Below are positions 17,314-26,644 of a stretch of 64,000 bases of DNA, piece after piece. The notes beneath the pieces are model-generated. The model made no database searches. It had not been told where the DNA came from and saw only the letters and a list, made by a program, of their open reading frames with translations. The stretch covers positions 3,232-67,231 of the forward strand of contig CAYWQH010000006.1 of the NCBI GenBank assembly GCA_964460855.1, written 5' to 3'. The DNA comes from an uncultured Candidatus Saccharibacteria bacterium. GTDB lineage: Bacteria; Patescibacteriota; Saccharimonadia; Saccharimonadales; UBA10212. Position 1 is the first letter of the stretch. Every line of letters starts with the position of its first letter. Position numbers and translations under genes: made by a program.

Positions 17314-18355
17314 GTTTATGGCCTGTCGTAAAGTTTTTTATTACGGCGTCGGCGTCGGTGGTAGTAATGAAGCTTTGGTGGTTTTTGAGGTGGGCAACAA
17401 GGTAGCGGCGGCGCGAGCCGTCGAGCTCGCTGAAAACATCGTCTAAAAGCAGTATCGGCTTTTGGCCGCGGGCTTGTTCTACTAAATCCAGTTCGAATAT
17501 TTTGAGGGCCAAAAGCGTGGTGCGGCTTTCGCCGCGGCTGGCGGTGGTACCGGCCGGCTGGCCGTTAAGCTCGAATATAATATCGTCGCGGTGCGGCCCG
17601 GTGGTGGTAAAGCCGCGGGCAATGTCGGTGCTGACGGTTTTTTCCAGCTTAGACAGCAGCTTGCTGCGGTAATCTTCTGCGCCAATACTGCTGGAATATT
17701 TTAGGTTAACTTCGGATTTTTTATTGGCGATACTGCTGTAGCTACCGCTAATTACCTGGTTTATTTTATCCAGCAGGGCCCGGCGTTCGGCGACAATTCC
17801 GCCGGCCAGGTCGGCAAAACGGATGTTCCAAAAAAACAGCTGGTCTTTGGCGGCTGAAGGTGATTGCTTTAATAAGCTATTGCGCTGGGCCAGGGCCCGG
17901 CGGTAGTGGTTGCGCAGCGTTTTAAAAGCCGGCACGGTTTGTTCCAGCAGGTCGTCAAAATAATCGCGGCGGGTCTCCGGGCCGCGGCTCAGCAGCTGCA
18001 AATGGTTGGGTTCGAATAAAACTACCGGCAGCAGGTTTGCAAGGCGCGGCCGCCTATAAACCGAGCCGTCCACCTGGTATTCTTTGCCAATATAGTCATT
18101 GTCGCCTTTGCGAAGCTTGAGGGTGCGCTCCTGACCGTTAAAAATGCCGTCCAGCCGGGCCCAGTCGTGGCCGAAACTAATTAAATCCTGGTCGTGGCCG
18201 CGATAGCTGCCGCCGCTGGCCAGCACTAAAATAGCTTCCAATAAATTGGTTTTACCGCTGGCATTGGGGCCAACCACGATATTTACCGCCGGCTCGAACT
18301 CAAAGCTTTCATCGCCGTAGCTGCGGAACTGCTGCAACCGTAAAGTCGAAATCAT
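17297..18355 (-). CDS. recF: DNA replication and repair protein RecF
   Basis: MISTLRLQQFRSY...VVGPNASGKTNLLEAI (Walker A) and the C-terminal LLLDDVFSELD signature. The in-frame ORF extends to 18442, but the conserved N-terminus starts at Met 18355. The 3' end overlaps the convergent 15940-17313 gene by 17 nt. Confidence 0.9.
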   Translation of the reverse strand: MISTLRLQQFRSYGDESFEFEPAVNIVVGPNASGKTNLLEAILVLASGGSYRGHDQDLISFGHDWARLDGIFNGQERTLKLRKGDNDYIGKEYQVDGSVYRRPRLANLLPVVLFEPNHLQLLSRGPETRRDYFDDLLEQTVPAFKTLRNHYRRALAQRNSLLKQSPSAAKDQLFFWNIRFADLAGGIVAERRALLDKINQVISGSYSSIANKKSEVNLKYSSSIGAEDYRSKLLSKLEKTVSTDIARGFTTTGPHRDDIIFELNGQPAGTTASRGESRTTLLALKIFELDLVEQARGQKPILLLDDVFSELDGSRRRYLVAHLKNHQSFITTTDADAVIKNFTTGHKLIPLG

Positions 18356-18362
18356 TGGCTTA

Positions 18363-19448
18363 TTATGAGCGCAAGGGCATAACCAAGTGCAAGTAATCCG
18401 GCTCGGACTTACTCCGCAATACGCACGGCTCGAGCTTACCATTGAAGTTAAATTCTACTTCGTCGCTGTGTAAGCCGTTTAAACCTTCGAGCAGATACCG
18501 GGAGTTTAAAGTGACTTCGCCGCCGCCTTTGACTTCGGCCGTGGCCGTGGCCGTGTTTTCGCCGAGCTGCGAGGCCACCGAATCAACCCGCACGGCGCCT
18601 TCTTCGACGCGCAGCGTTATGCTGCCGGCGCTTTCGCGGGCGAACAAACTGGATACTTTAGTGACATTTATAAAATCGTCGCGCTGCAGCTTTGCCACGT
18701 TTTTAAAAGCAGACGGCACCAGCTTACGGTAATCGGGGTATTTGCCGTCGATTAACCGGGTAACCAACGAAACGTCGCCAATCGTAAACAACACTTGCTG
18801 GTCGTCGTGGTGGATCTGAACGTCTTCGTCACTGTCGCCGATTATCCGCAGTACGTCCTGCAGGGCGGTGGCCGGGATTAATAAAGAGACTTCGGCCTGG
18901 CTCTTACCCAGCTGTTTTTCGGCTAGCCGGTAGCTGTCTGTGGCCGCCATATAAAGTTTGCCCTCCAGGCTATGCAGGTAGATGCCAGTTAATACCGGCC
19001 GGGCGTCGTCACTACTGGCCGCGAACAAAACTTGCTGCAAGCCGCGTTTAAAGGTTTTGGCGTTAACCGACCATTCGTGGCCGTCTGAAATTGCCGGCAT
19101 AACCGGGAACTCTTCGGCATTTATGCCGTTGATAGTCGATTGGTACTGGTCGGTGGTTATTTTAAGCTTGTTGTCTTGCAGCTGCATTTGCAGCACGCCG
19201 CCGGGCAGGCTGGAAACAAAATCCTGCATCAACCGGGCTGGCACGGTAATCGAGCCGTTATCTTCAATTTTGGAGCCAATGTAGTGGGTGATGGCAATAT
19301 CTAAGTTAGTCGCGACAATACTTAGCCGGTTGTCGTGGGTTTTTAGCAGCACGTTGCTCAAAATGGGCAGGGGGTTGCGGCTGTTGGCTACCCGCGCCAC
19401 GCTATTTAAAGCCCGGGCCAGGTTTTCTTGGGTAACTTGCAGTCGCAT
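18363..19448 (-). CDS. dnaN: DNA polymerase III beta sliding clamp
   Basis: MRLQVTQENLARALNSVARV...three-domain clamp, 361 aa, in the syntenic dnaA-dnaN-recF position. Confidence 0.9.
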   Translation of the reverse strand: MRLQVTQENLARALNSVARVANSRNPLPILSNVLLKTHDNRLSIVATNLDIAITHYIGSKIEDNGSITVPARLMQDFVSSLPGGVLQMQLQDNKLKITTDQYQSTINGINAEEFPVMPAISDGHEWSVNAKTFKRGLQQVLFAASSDDARPVLTGIYLHSLEGKLYMAATDSYRLAEKQLGKSQAEVSLLIPATALQDVLRIIGDSDEDVQIHHDDQQVLFTIGDVSLVTRLIDGKYPDYRKLVPSAFKNVAKLQRDDFINVTKVSSLFARESAGSITLRVEEGAVRVDSVASQLGENTATATAEVKGGGEVTLNSRYLLEGLNGLHSDEVEFNFNGKLEPCVLRSKSEPDYLHLVMPLRS

Positions 19449-19709
19449 AACTATAACTCCTCCTTCTAATTATTTATATATAGTAGTCTTAATAGGTAGT
19501 GTGGATGATGGGTATAAGATTGGCCGCCAAGAAGTAAAAACGGCCATTTGGGCTGTGAATAAGCATAATTTAGGTGTGCAAACCGCTCGTATAATATGTG
19601 CCGGCATTTGCTTATTTGGCGAAATAATTTATACGGATGTGGAGATGGCGGGGGATAATTGCTAGATTGTGCCCAGGCTGCCCACAAGCTTTGCACCGCT
19701 TGTACACAG
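19449..19709. promoter_or_regulatory. dnaA-dnaN intergenic DnaA-box cluster (one half of a bipartite oriC)
   Basis: TGTGGATGA (19498-19506), TGTGAATAA (about 19553), TGTGGAGAT (about 19638) and TTGTACACA (about 19690) each match the TTATCCACA consensus or its complement at 7-8 of 9 positions. Confidence 0.5.
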
Positions 19710-21083
19710 CTAGGCATATAGACGCTCCTTTAGTTCAATAACGTGCTCTTTAATCGGGCCGTTGTAGCTCATCTCTTTTTCGATCTTATCAATGGAGTGG
19801 ATGGCCGTGGTGTGGTCTTTTCGCCCCAGTTCGTGGGCGATTTTAGGGAAACTCATATGCAATTCGTTGCGCAGCATATACATGGCAACCTGGCGGGGTA
19901 CGACAATGTCTTTATCACGCTTGGGGCCTAATATATCTTCCATAGGGATCTGGAAATAGCGGGCGGTGCGCTCGATAATCTGGCGGGCGTTAACGTGTTT
20001 GGGCCGGGCTTTGCTGGTGCCAAATAGGGCAACTACCACCTGCAGGTCGGGTTCGACCTGGCGCATTTCGCAAAAAGCCAGCACCTGGTTTAGCGCGCCT
20101 TCCAGTTCGCGGATATTGTTTTGGACGCGGTTGGCCAAAAAGTCGACGACATCCGAAGGCAACTCAATATTGTGGGTGCCGGCTTTCGTTTGGACGATGG
20201 CGCAGCGGGTTTCGAAATCGGGCGTTTGCATATCGATGGTCATACCCCAGGCAAAGCGGCTGCGCAGCCGCTCTTCCAGGGTTGGAATGTCTTTGGGCGG
20301 CTTATCGCTGCTGATAATAATTTGTTTGTTGGCCTGGTGTAGGGCATTGAAAGTATGGAAGAATTCTTCTTGGGTTTTTTCGCGCCCGGCAATAAACTGC
20401 ATGTCGTCGATTATTAGCACGTCGGCATTGCGGTAGTGGCCGGCAAAGTCGGTATTCTTTTTATAACGCACGGCGTCGACGAATTCCTGCACGAACTGCT
20501 CGGTAGATACATAAACTACCCGGGCAGAGGGGTTGTTATACAAAACCGCGTTGCCAACCGCCTGGATTAAGTGGGTTTTGCCGATGCCCACGCCGCCGTA
20601 AATAAACAGCGGGTTATATTTTTTGCCGGGATTGAGGGCAATGCCCTGGCAGGCGGCATAGGCCAGCTCGTTGGCCGATCCGACCACGAAATTATCAAAA
20701 GTATAGCGTTCGTTTAAACCCTGGCGGTAGCTGTGGGTGACGTTTTGGATTGAAGATTTTTTAGGTGAAGGGTTGTTGCCACCGGCATTGACCAATATTA
20801 AGGTATCATCGCCCATGTCTTTTGGCCTCAGGTTTATGCCGGCGTGTATTTTATATTCGACCCGCTCGGGCTGGACACCATTTTTAGCCAAAACTTGTAC
20901 CACCAAATCATTAAATTTCCGCTCCAGCTGGTTTTTGACGAATATATTCGGTACGCCAACCACTACCAAGCCGTCTTTATTACGCAGCAGACGCGTATTT
21001 TTAAACCACGTTACAAAACTGCCGCGGCTGACACTTAACTCAATTTCGCCTAATACCGCTTGCCACAGTGCACTTTCCTGCAT
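19710..21083 (-). CDS. dnaA: Chromosomal replication initiator DnaA
   Basis: MQESALWQAVLGEIE...; AAA+ Walker A GGVGIGKTHL; C-terminal DnaA-box binding domain (VAMYMLRNEL..., HTTAIHSIDKIEK). The first in-frame codon at 21089 is TTG; ATG is at 21083. Confidence 0.95.
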   Translation of the reverse strand: MQESALWQAVLGEIELSVSRGSFVTWFKNTRLLRNKDGLVVVGVPNIFVKNQLERKFNDLVVQVLAKNGVQPERVEYKIHAGINLRPKDMGDDTLILVNAGGNNPSPKKSSIQNVTHSYRQGLNERYTFDNFVVGSANELAYAACQGIALNPGKKYNPLFIYGGVGIGKTHLIQAVGNAVLYNNPSARVVYVSTEQFVQEFVDAVRYKKNTDFAGHYRNADVLIIDDMQFIAGREKTQEEFFHTFNALHQANKQIIISSDKPPKDIPTLEERLRSRFAWGMTIDMQTPDFETRCAIVQTKAGTHNIELPSDVVDFLANRVQNNIRELEGALNQVLAFCEMRQVEPDLQVVVALFGTSKARPKHVNARQIIERTARYFQIPMEDILGPKRDKDIVVPRQVAMYMLRNELHMSFPKIAHELGRKDHTTAIHSIDKIEKEMSYNGPIKEHVIELKERLYA

Positions 21084-21089
21084 GCCCAA

Positions 21090-21433
21090 CTACCCCTATT
21101 AATTTTGCGTTTCGCTTTTACGAGATAGCAATAAGTATAGCTGGAAAGGGCAGACTTTTCCACAAGCCGGGGCAAAATTACATCATCGGTTTAGTGTTTA
21201 TGGCGCCAAAGGTGATTATTTATACACAAGCAAACGCCGTATCTGTTATTTTTGTGGAAAATAGCAGGGCAGTCGTGGATAAGTGCCTAAAATTTGTGGG
21301 TTTTCATTGTGAATTCCACTCGCTAATTCACGATGTGCATCTATTATTCTTTTATTTAGATATATGGACTGAAATTCCTAAATGAAAACTGAAAATTTAT
21401 CTAACCCCTAAGATAAGGTATAATCTTTGGGTT
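21090..21433. promoter_or_regulatory. oriC-like region: five same-orientation DnaA boxes plus an AT-rich unwinding element and the rpmH promoter
   Basis: Boxes TTATACACA (21220-21228), TGTGGAAAA (21253-21261), CGTGGATAA (21274-21282), TGTGGGTTT (21295-21303) and TGTGAATTC (21309-21317). The AT-rich stretch 21330-21410 follows. TATAAT at 21419-21424 lies 9 nt before the rpmH ATG (leaderless). Confidence 0.6.
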
Positions 21434-21571
21434 ATGCCTAAAAGAACTTACCAGCCCAAGAAGCGGCAGCGCAGCCGCGAGCACGGCTTTATGAAGCGGA
21501 TGTCGACCAAGGCCGGCCGCAACGTGTTGGCCCGAAGGCGCCTTAAAGGCCGCAAAGTCTTGTCCCGCTAA
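21434..21571 (+). CDS. rpmH: 50S ribosomal protein L34
   Basis: [45 protein letters not shown] (45 aa); missed by the 60-aa ORF cutoff. Confidence 0.95.
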   Translation: MPKRTYQPKKRQRSREHGFMKRMSTKAGRNVLARRRLKGRKVLSR

Positions 21572-21574
21572 CTT

Positions 21575-21665
21575 TTAATTTTCAGCTTTCAAATTTCAAT
21601 AAATTTTCAATTATCAATTTTGCAATTTTCAATGATTTTTGAGAGCTGACAACTGAAAGCTTATT
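21575..21665. repeat. Array of about seven TTTCAAT-like heptamers followed by an inverted repeat CAGCTTTCA / TGAAAGCTG
   Basis: aattttcag ctttcaa atttcaat aaattttcaat tatcaat tttgcaat tttcaat. Downstream, ctgaaagct and gctgaaagctg complement cagctttca. Confidence 0.5.
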
Positions 21666-21699
21666 GATAGTTGATTGCTGAAAGCTGTACGCTATTCTT

Positions 21700-22110
21700 A
21701 TGATTTCTAAGAAGCACCGATTTCACGGTTATAACAGCCTGCGCTACGTTTACAACAAAGGGCAGACTACCCGCGGCCAGTTTTTTGCTGTCAAACATGC
21801 GCCCAACCAGCGCCGCCAGGATTACCGTCTGGCTGTGGTGGTAAGCAAAAAAGTCGCCAAGTCGGCTACCGAGCGTAACCGGATCCGCCGCCGGCTGTAC
21901 GAAATTGTGCGAAAAAACGAAGCCGACATTGCCGGCGCCCAAGATATTATTATTACGGTGTTCCACCAGCAGGTGGCCGACTTGCCTGCCAAAAAGCTGG
22001 AAAGCACCGCGCTGCAGCAGCTGCGCCAGGCTGGAATAATGGTTAAAAAAGTCCGCCGTCCGCCAAAAGCTGAGGCGCCCGCGTCTTCGGCGGAACCAGA
22101 TACAGCGTGA
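21700..22110 (+). CDS. rnpA: Ribonuclease P protein component
   Basis: MISKKHRFHGYNSLRYVYNKGQTTRGQFF...RNRIRRRLYEIVR is the RnpA signature; canonical position after rpmH. Confidence 0.9.
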   Translation: MISKKHRFHGYNSLRYVYNKGQTTRGQFFAVKHAPNQRRQDYRLAVVVSKKVAKSATERNRIRRRLYEIVRKNEADIAGAQDIIITVFHQQVADLPAKKLESTALQQLRQAGIMVKKVRRPPKAEAPASSAEPDTA

Positions 22111-22141
22111 TATTATAAAGAAAAGGGAGAATTGGTTTTAA

Positions 22142-23071
22142 ATGTTTAACGACTTGATAGTCCAGCCGATTTTTAATCTGCTCGTTTTAATTTACTCCAT
22201 TATCCCGGGCCATGATTTTGGCCTGGCGATTATTATATTTACGGTTATCGTCCGCTTATTGATGTGGCCGCTGGTTAAAAAGCAGCTCAAACACGCCAAG
22301 GCGATGCGCGACCTGCAGCCGGAAATCAAAAAGATCAAAGCCGCCACCAAAGGCGAACGCCAAAAAGAATCACAAATGCTCATGGAGCTGTATAAAGAAA
22401 GGGAAATCAACCCGTTCAGCTCGATCGGTATCGTACTGGTGCAGCTGCCGATTTTTATCGGCCTGTATAGCGCCCTGCGCAAACTTATAAACGACCCCCA
22501 ATCGATGATCTCGTTTACTTACCCGGCGCTGCATAACCTGCCGTGGATCAAAACCCTAACGGCCGACATCCACCAATTCAATAACACGCTGTTTGGCATC
22601 GTCGACTTGTCTCGGGCGGCGCTGGATAAAACCGGCGGCATTTACTGGCCGGCCATGATAATCGTTTTGGGCAGCGCCATCGCCCAATATTTCCAAAGCA
22701 AAATGCTGATGCCGGTAGATAAAGACGCCCGCGGCTTGCGTTCTATTTTGCGCGACGCCGGCAGCGGCAAGTCGGCCGACCAGTCGGAAGTTAACGCCGC
22801 CGTCGGCCGGATGACCATCTTTTTCGTACCGGCCTTGATCTTTCTGTTTACCGTGCGCCTGCCGGCGGCATTGTCGCTGTATTGGTTAACCAGCGCCCTG
22901 GTAGCCATAGTGCAGCAATCTATAATCCTGCGCGAAGACGAAGCCGAAATGGAAAAAGACCTTCCTCCGGCCAAAACTACAAAACCGGCGGCCGTTAAAG
23001 CCGTAGAAGTGCCAAAACTAACCCGCAAAAAAACAGCTCCCAAAAAAACTAAGAAGAGGAGAAAGAAATAA
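22142..23071 (+). CDS. yidC: Membrane protein insertase YidC, short monoderm-type (309 aa)
   Basis: Five-TM YidC/Oxa1 core (PLVKKQLKHAKAMRDLQPEIKKIK..., basic C-terminal tail) with no large periplasmic domain. SD AAGGGAGAA. Confidence 0.85.
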   Translation: MFNDLIVQPIFNLLVLIYSIIPGHDFGLAIIIFTVIVRLLMWPLVKKQLKHAKAMRDLQPEIKKIKAATKGERQKESQMLMELYKEREINPFSSIGIVLVQLPIFIGLYSALRKLINDPQSMISFTYPALHNLPWIKTLTADIHQFNNTLFGIVDLSRAALDKTGGIYWPAMIIVLGSAIAQYFQSKMLMPVDKDARGLRSILRDAGSGKSADQSEVNAAVGRMTIFFVPALIFLFTVRLPAALSLYWLTSALVAIVQQSIILREDEAEMEKDLPPAKTTKPAAVKAVEVPKLTRKKTAPKKTKKRRKK

Positions 23072-23661
23072 TGAGTTCCGTCGAGATGGAAGAAGCCATC
23101 CAGTTCGCCAAGAAATACATCGAGAATTTACTGTCCTTTTTCGGCCTGAATATTGACGTTTACGCTACCACCGAAGACGATGAAGTCATTGAGCTGCATG
23201 TGCCCAGCACCCACTTAAACGGCTTTTTGATAGGACAGCGCGGCGAAACTATGCGGGCAATCCAGTATGTAATATCCATGGCCCTCAAGCACGGCGGCTA
23301 CGAATTCAACCGGGTTAACGTGGACGTGGCGGACTATAAAAAGAACCGGGCCGAGCGCTTGCTGCAGCGGGCAGAGGAGTGGTTTAAAGATGTAAATACC
23401 AGCGGCAAGCCTAAAGAGCTGCAGGCCATGAGCGCTGCCGAACGCCGGATTATCCATAAGGCCGCTACTGATTTTGGCATCGAAACCGAGTCGGTTGGCG
23501 AAGGCCGCGACCGGCACATCATCCTTAAACCGGTAGAAACTGAAACTAAAGCCGAGCCTAAAAAAGCCGCCAAAAAAGCCGAGCCAAAAGAAGCGGCAGA
23601 GGAAGCCGAGCCACCTAAAAAAGCCGCTAAAAAAACTACTAAAAAGGCAGAAAAAGACTAA
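23071..23661 (+). CDS. jag: Jag/KhpB-like RNA-binding protein (Jag_N, KH, R3H) with a Lys/Ala/Pro-rich tail
   Basis: TAATG coupling to yidC. Internal FLIGQRGETMRAIQYV (KH-like) and RRIIHKAATDFGIETES (R3H-like). Canonical rpmH-rnpA-yidC-jag order. Confidence 0.75.
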   Translation: MSSVEMEEAIQFAKKYIENLLSFFGLNIDVYATTEDDEVIELHVPSTHLNGFLIGQRGETMRAIQYVISMALKHGGYEFNRVNVDVADYKKNRAERLLQRAEEWFKDVNTSGKPKELQAMSAAERRIIHKAATDFGIETESVGEGRDRHIILKPVETETKAEPKKAAKKAEPKEAAEEAEPPKKAAKKTTKKAEKD

Positions 23662-23665
23662 ACCG

Positions 23666-24775
23666 CTACTTTTCGAAACTTTGGTAAACGGCCAGTGTTT
23701 GTTCGGCCATCCGCTGCCAGGAATACTTTTTTACCTGGGTGTGGCCCTTGGCGATCAAGTTATTACGCCGCTTTTTATCGGACAATATTTCGCTAATAGC
23801 CCGGGCCATGTCATCGGCGCTTTTGGGGTCGAAATAATTAGCGGCGTCGCCGTACACTTCGGGCAGGCAAGAAGCCGAGCTGCTGGCTACCGGCGCGCCG
23901 TATACCATAGCTTCCAGGCCGGGCAGGCCAAAGCCTTCGCTAATAGATGGAAACACATAACAGCGGCAGTGTTGGTACAGCCAAGCCAGCTGCTCATCCG
24001 GCACAAAGCCGGTTAGCATAACATTTTGCACCTGTTTTTTAGTGATATAGCCGGCCAGCCGGTCGGAAAAGACGGTTTGCTTACCGACAATCGCTAAAAC
24101 TAAGCCAGGATAACTTTTTTGCAAAATGTCAAACGCACGGACAAGGCAGGGGAGGTTTTTATGGGCCTGGGCGGTGCCAACATACATAATAAAGTCACTT
24201 TTTTGCAAATTTGCAAATGGCTGGATACTAGATGTTTTTACGGCGTCGGCCGCTTCGAGGGTAACGGTTATCCTTGATAGCGGGTAGCGCAGGCGCTGGT
24301 GGATATCGTTTTTAACGAACTGGGTCGGCACGATAATTTTTGGCATTACCCATACATTTAACCGAAGTAAAATTTTAAATCCCCAATGCAGAAATTCAAA
24401 AACCGCCCTGCTCCGTTTGCGGTTGCGGACCCGCAGCTGGGTCAGGTCGTGGACGGTCATAACTTTAGCCCGGCGGTAAAGGATACCGACAACAGGGGTG
24501 TAAACGTCCGGCTGGAAAGTAAAATGGACGACGTCGGCGTTAAGCCGGTTGAGCAACCGGGCTAAACGGAACTGGCTGCCCAAACTGTAACGCTTGTAAT
24601 TAAATACTTGACTAGTAAAGTTTTTAGCCGTTGGACTCCATTGGTCAGCGTCTTCGGGCGGCAATAAAACTACATATTCGTTTTGCTGGTCTATCCGCTG
24701 GAGGTACTCCAGTAGCCTTTCCACGTAGCGGCCGGAACTACTGCTGATAATATGGGCGTCAATTACTATCTTCAT
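23666..24775 (-). CDS. GT4-family glycosyltransferase
   Basis: C-terminal EGFGLPGLEAMVYGAPVASS...(E-x7-E) motif of retaining GT-B enzymes. Confidence 0.7.
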   Translation of the reverse strand: MKIVIDAHIISSSSGRYVERLLEYLQRIDQQNEYVVLLPPEDADQWSPTAKNFTSQVFNYKRYSLGSQFRLARLLNRLNADVVHFTFQPDVYTPVVGILYRRAKVMTVHDLTQLRVRNRKRSRAVFEFLHWGFKILLRLNVWVMPKIIVPTQFVKNDIHQRLRYPLSRITVTLEAADAVKTSSIQPFANLQKSDFIMYVGTAQAHKNLPCLVRAFDILQKSYPGLVLAIVGKQTVFSDRLAGYITKKQVQNVMLTGFVPDEQLAWLYQHCRCYVFPSISEGFGLPGLEAMVYGAPVASSSASCLPEVYGDAANYFDPKSADDMARAISEILSDKKRRNNLIAKGHTQVKKYSWQRMAEQTLAVYQSFEK

Positions 24776-25799
24776 AATGCCTCCAAAACAAAACCCGGGC
24801 CCGCAGTTTACGCAGTTTATGGCGGTCGGGCGGCAAGTCCGGGTATAAAATTCCCCGGATATACCGGTTGGGAACCTTTCGGTGCCGTTGGATGGCTAGG
24901 CGCTCCAATAATTTAGCTGGCAGCAGCAAGCAAAGCACGCCAAAACCTTTGAGCACTGGCCCTAGATTGCCCTTGCGGGCGATGTTAACCATCATTAAAA
25001 AGTAAGCGATTTGAAATTTAATGGCGGCAGGCCACCATAAGCCCAACGGCAAATTTTTAAACCACAACAGCGGTACGTTCTTGACCGTGTGGTAGGCGGT
25101 AAAACCCGGGATCCGGCCGCTGGTTTTACCAATTTGGTGGTAGGCCACGGCTTTGGGCTGGTAGATAATTTTCCAGCCGGCCAACTGGGCCCTGAAGCTT
25201 AAATCGACGTCTTCGTAATAAGCGAAAAACGCCTCGTCGAACAAACCGATTTGTTTAAAAACTTCGGCCCGGTATAAACTGGCGCCGCCCGACGCGCTAA
25301 ACACAAATTCCTGGTGGTCGTATTGGCCGTTATCGGTTAGCCCCCTCCCCCGCGGGAATGCCAGCAGCCAATTGCTGTAAAAGTCGCCGGTAGAATCAAA
25401 CGTGTAGGGCGGTTTGGCGGCGGCTTTTAACAGCTTGCCGGTTACGATGCCCGCTTCGTCGCTGGACTTAAGGGTTTTATACAAATGCTCCAGCCATTGC
25501 TTGTCGGCTTCGGCGTCATTATTAAACAGGGCTACGTATTCGGCGCCGGCATCCAGCGCAAATTTTATGCCGGCATTAACGCCGCCGGCAAAGCCGGTAT
25601 TGCGGCTCAGGATTACCGAGTCAAGCTTATCACCGTATTTGTTTATTAAGCCTACCGAGCCGTCTGTGCTGCCGTTATCGACTATTACCAGGCGGCACGG
25701 CTGGCTTTGGGCCAGGACCGAATCTATGGCCGCCGCTAAATCGCGCTCGCCATTCCAATTGGGAATCACACAGTAAACTAAAGGTGTTGGGCTTTTCAT
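24759..25799 (-). CDS. GT2-family glycosyltransferase (rhamnosyltransferase-like)
   Basis: N-terminal VIPNWNGERDL...VIVDNGSTDGS...NNDAEAD (DxD) GT-A fold. Confidence 0.7.
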   Translation of the reverse strand: MKSPTPLVYCVIPNWNGERDLAAAIDSVLAQSQPCRLVIVDNGSTDGSVGLINKYGDKLDSVILSRNTGFAGGVNAGIKFALDAGAEYVALFNNDAEADKQWLEHLYKTLKSSDEAGIVTGKLLKAAAKPPYTFDSTGDFYSNWLLAFPRGRGLTDNGQYDHQEFVFSASGGASLYRAEVFKQIGLFDEAFFAYYEDVDLSFRAQLAGWKIIYQPKAVAYHQIGKTSGRIPGFTAYHTVKNVPLLWFKNLPLGLWWPAAIKFQIAYFLMMVNIARKGNLGPVLKGFGVLCLLLPAKLLERLAIQRHRKVPNRYIRGILYPDLPPDRHKLRKLRARVLFWRHYEDSN

Positions 25800-25837
25800 A
25801 AACAGATAAAACCATTGTATAATGAAACCTTAATAGC

Positions 25838-26641
25838 ATGCTAAAAACAACGTTTTCCAAACAAAACCGGGCGTTGCTGGGTGAGCTGGTGCGCACCGAC
25901 TTTAAGCTCCGTTACCAAGGCTCTTTATTAGGCTATGCCTGGTCGCTCCTCAAGCCTTTAATGATGTTTTTAATTTTATACGTAGTATTTGTCAGGATTA
26001 TTCCAATTGGCAAAGGCGTGCCGCACTACCCCGCGTATTTGCTGCTAGGCATAGTTTTATGGAACTTTTTTAATGAGATGACCGTCCAGAGCCTTAATTC
26101 GGTCGTAGCCCGCGGCGAACTAATCCGGAAAATAAAAATTCCACGCTGGACAATCGTTGTGGCCAGTAGCTTAATAGCGCTGATTAACCTGGCCCTAAAC
26201 CTGCTTATAATTGCGATTTTTATGATAATAAACCACGTTACGGTTAACTTCGCCGACCTGTATTTTCCAATTATCGTATTGCAGCTGTATATTTTTTCGC
26301 TGGGCGTGTCGTTATTTTTGGCGGCGTTTTACGTTAAATTCAGGGACGTTAGCTACATATGGGACGTAGTTTTACAGGGCTTGTTTTACCTATCGGCAAT
26401 TATTTATCCCCTTTCAATAATTACTAACCCGGATTACCAAAAAATCCTGCTGCTTAATCCGATTACCAACGCCATCCAAGACGCGCGCTACGTTTTAATT
26501 TCGCCGCAAACGCTTACCCTGCATACTTTAATGCCCGGGCATTGGATCCAGGCCGTGCCGTATTTAATAATGCTGCTGTCGATAATTATTGGCGCCGCGT
26601 ATTTCCGCAGCCAGTCAAAGTTTTTCGCCGAAAACGTTTAG
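25838..26641 (+). CDS. ABC-2 type polysaccharide export permease (Wzm/TagG-like)
   Basis: 267 aa with six TM helices and an ABC-2 family pattern. TATAAT at 25818-25823 lies about 14 nt upstream of the ATG. Confidence 0.7.
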   Translation: MLKTTFSKQNRALLGELVRTDFKLRYQGSLLGYAWSLLKPLMMFLILYVVFVRIIPIGKGVPHYPAYLLLGIVLWNFFNEMTVQSLNSVVARGELIRKIKIPRWTIVVASSLIALINLALNLLIIAIFMIINHVTVNFADLYFPIIVLQLYIFSLGVSLFLAAFYVKFRDVSYIWDVVLQGLFYLSAIIYPLSIITNPDYQKILLLNPITNAIQDARYVLISPQTLTLHTLMPGHWIQAVPYLIMLLSIIIGAAYFRSQSKFFAENV

Positions 26642-26644
26642 CCG

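Noticed and set aside
21572-21699. CRISPR-like repeat array
   Set aside because: Repeat unit is only about 7 nt with no spacers of defined length. It is an AT-rich microsatellite-like or regulatory repeat, not a CRISPR.
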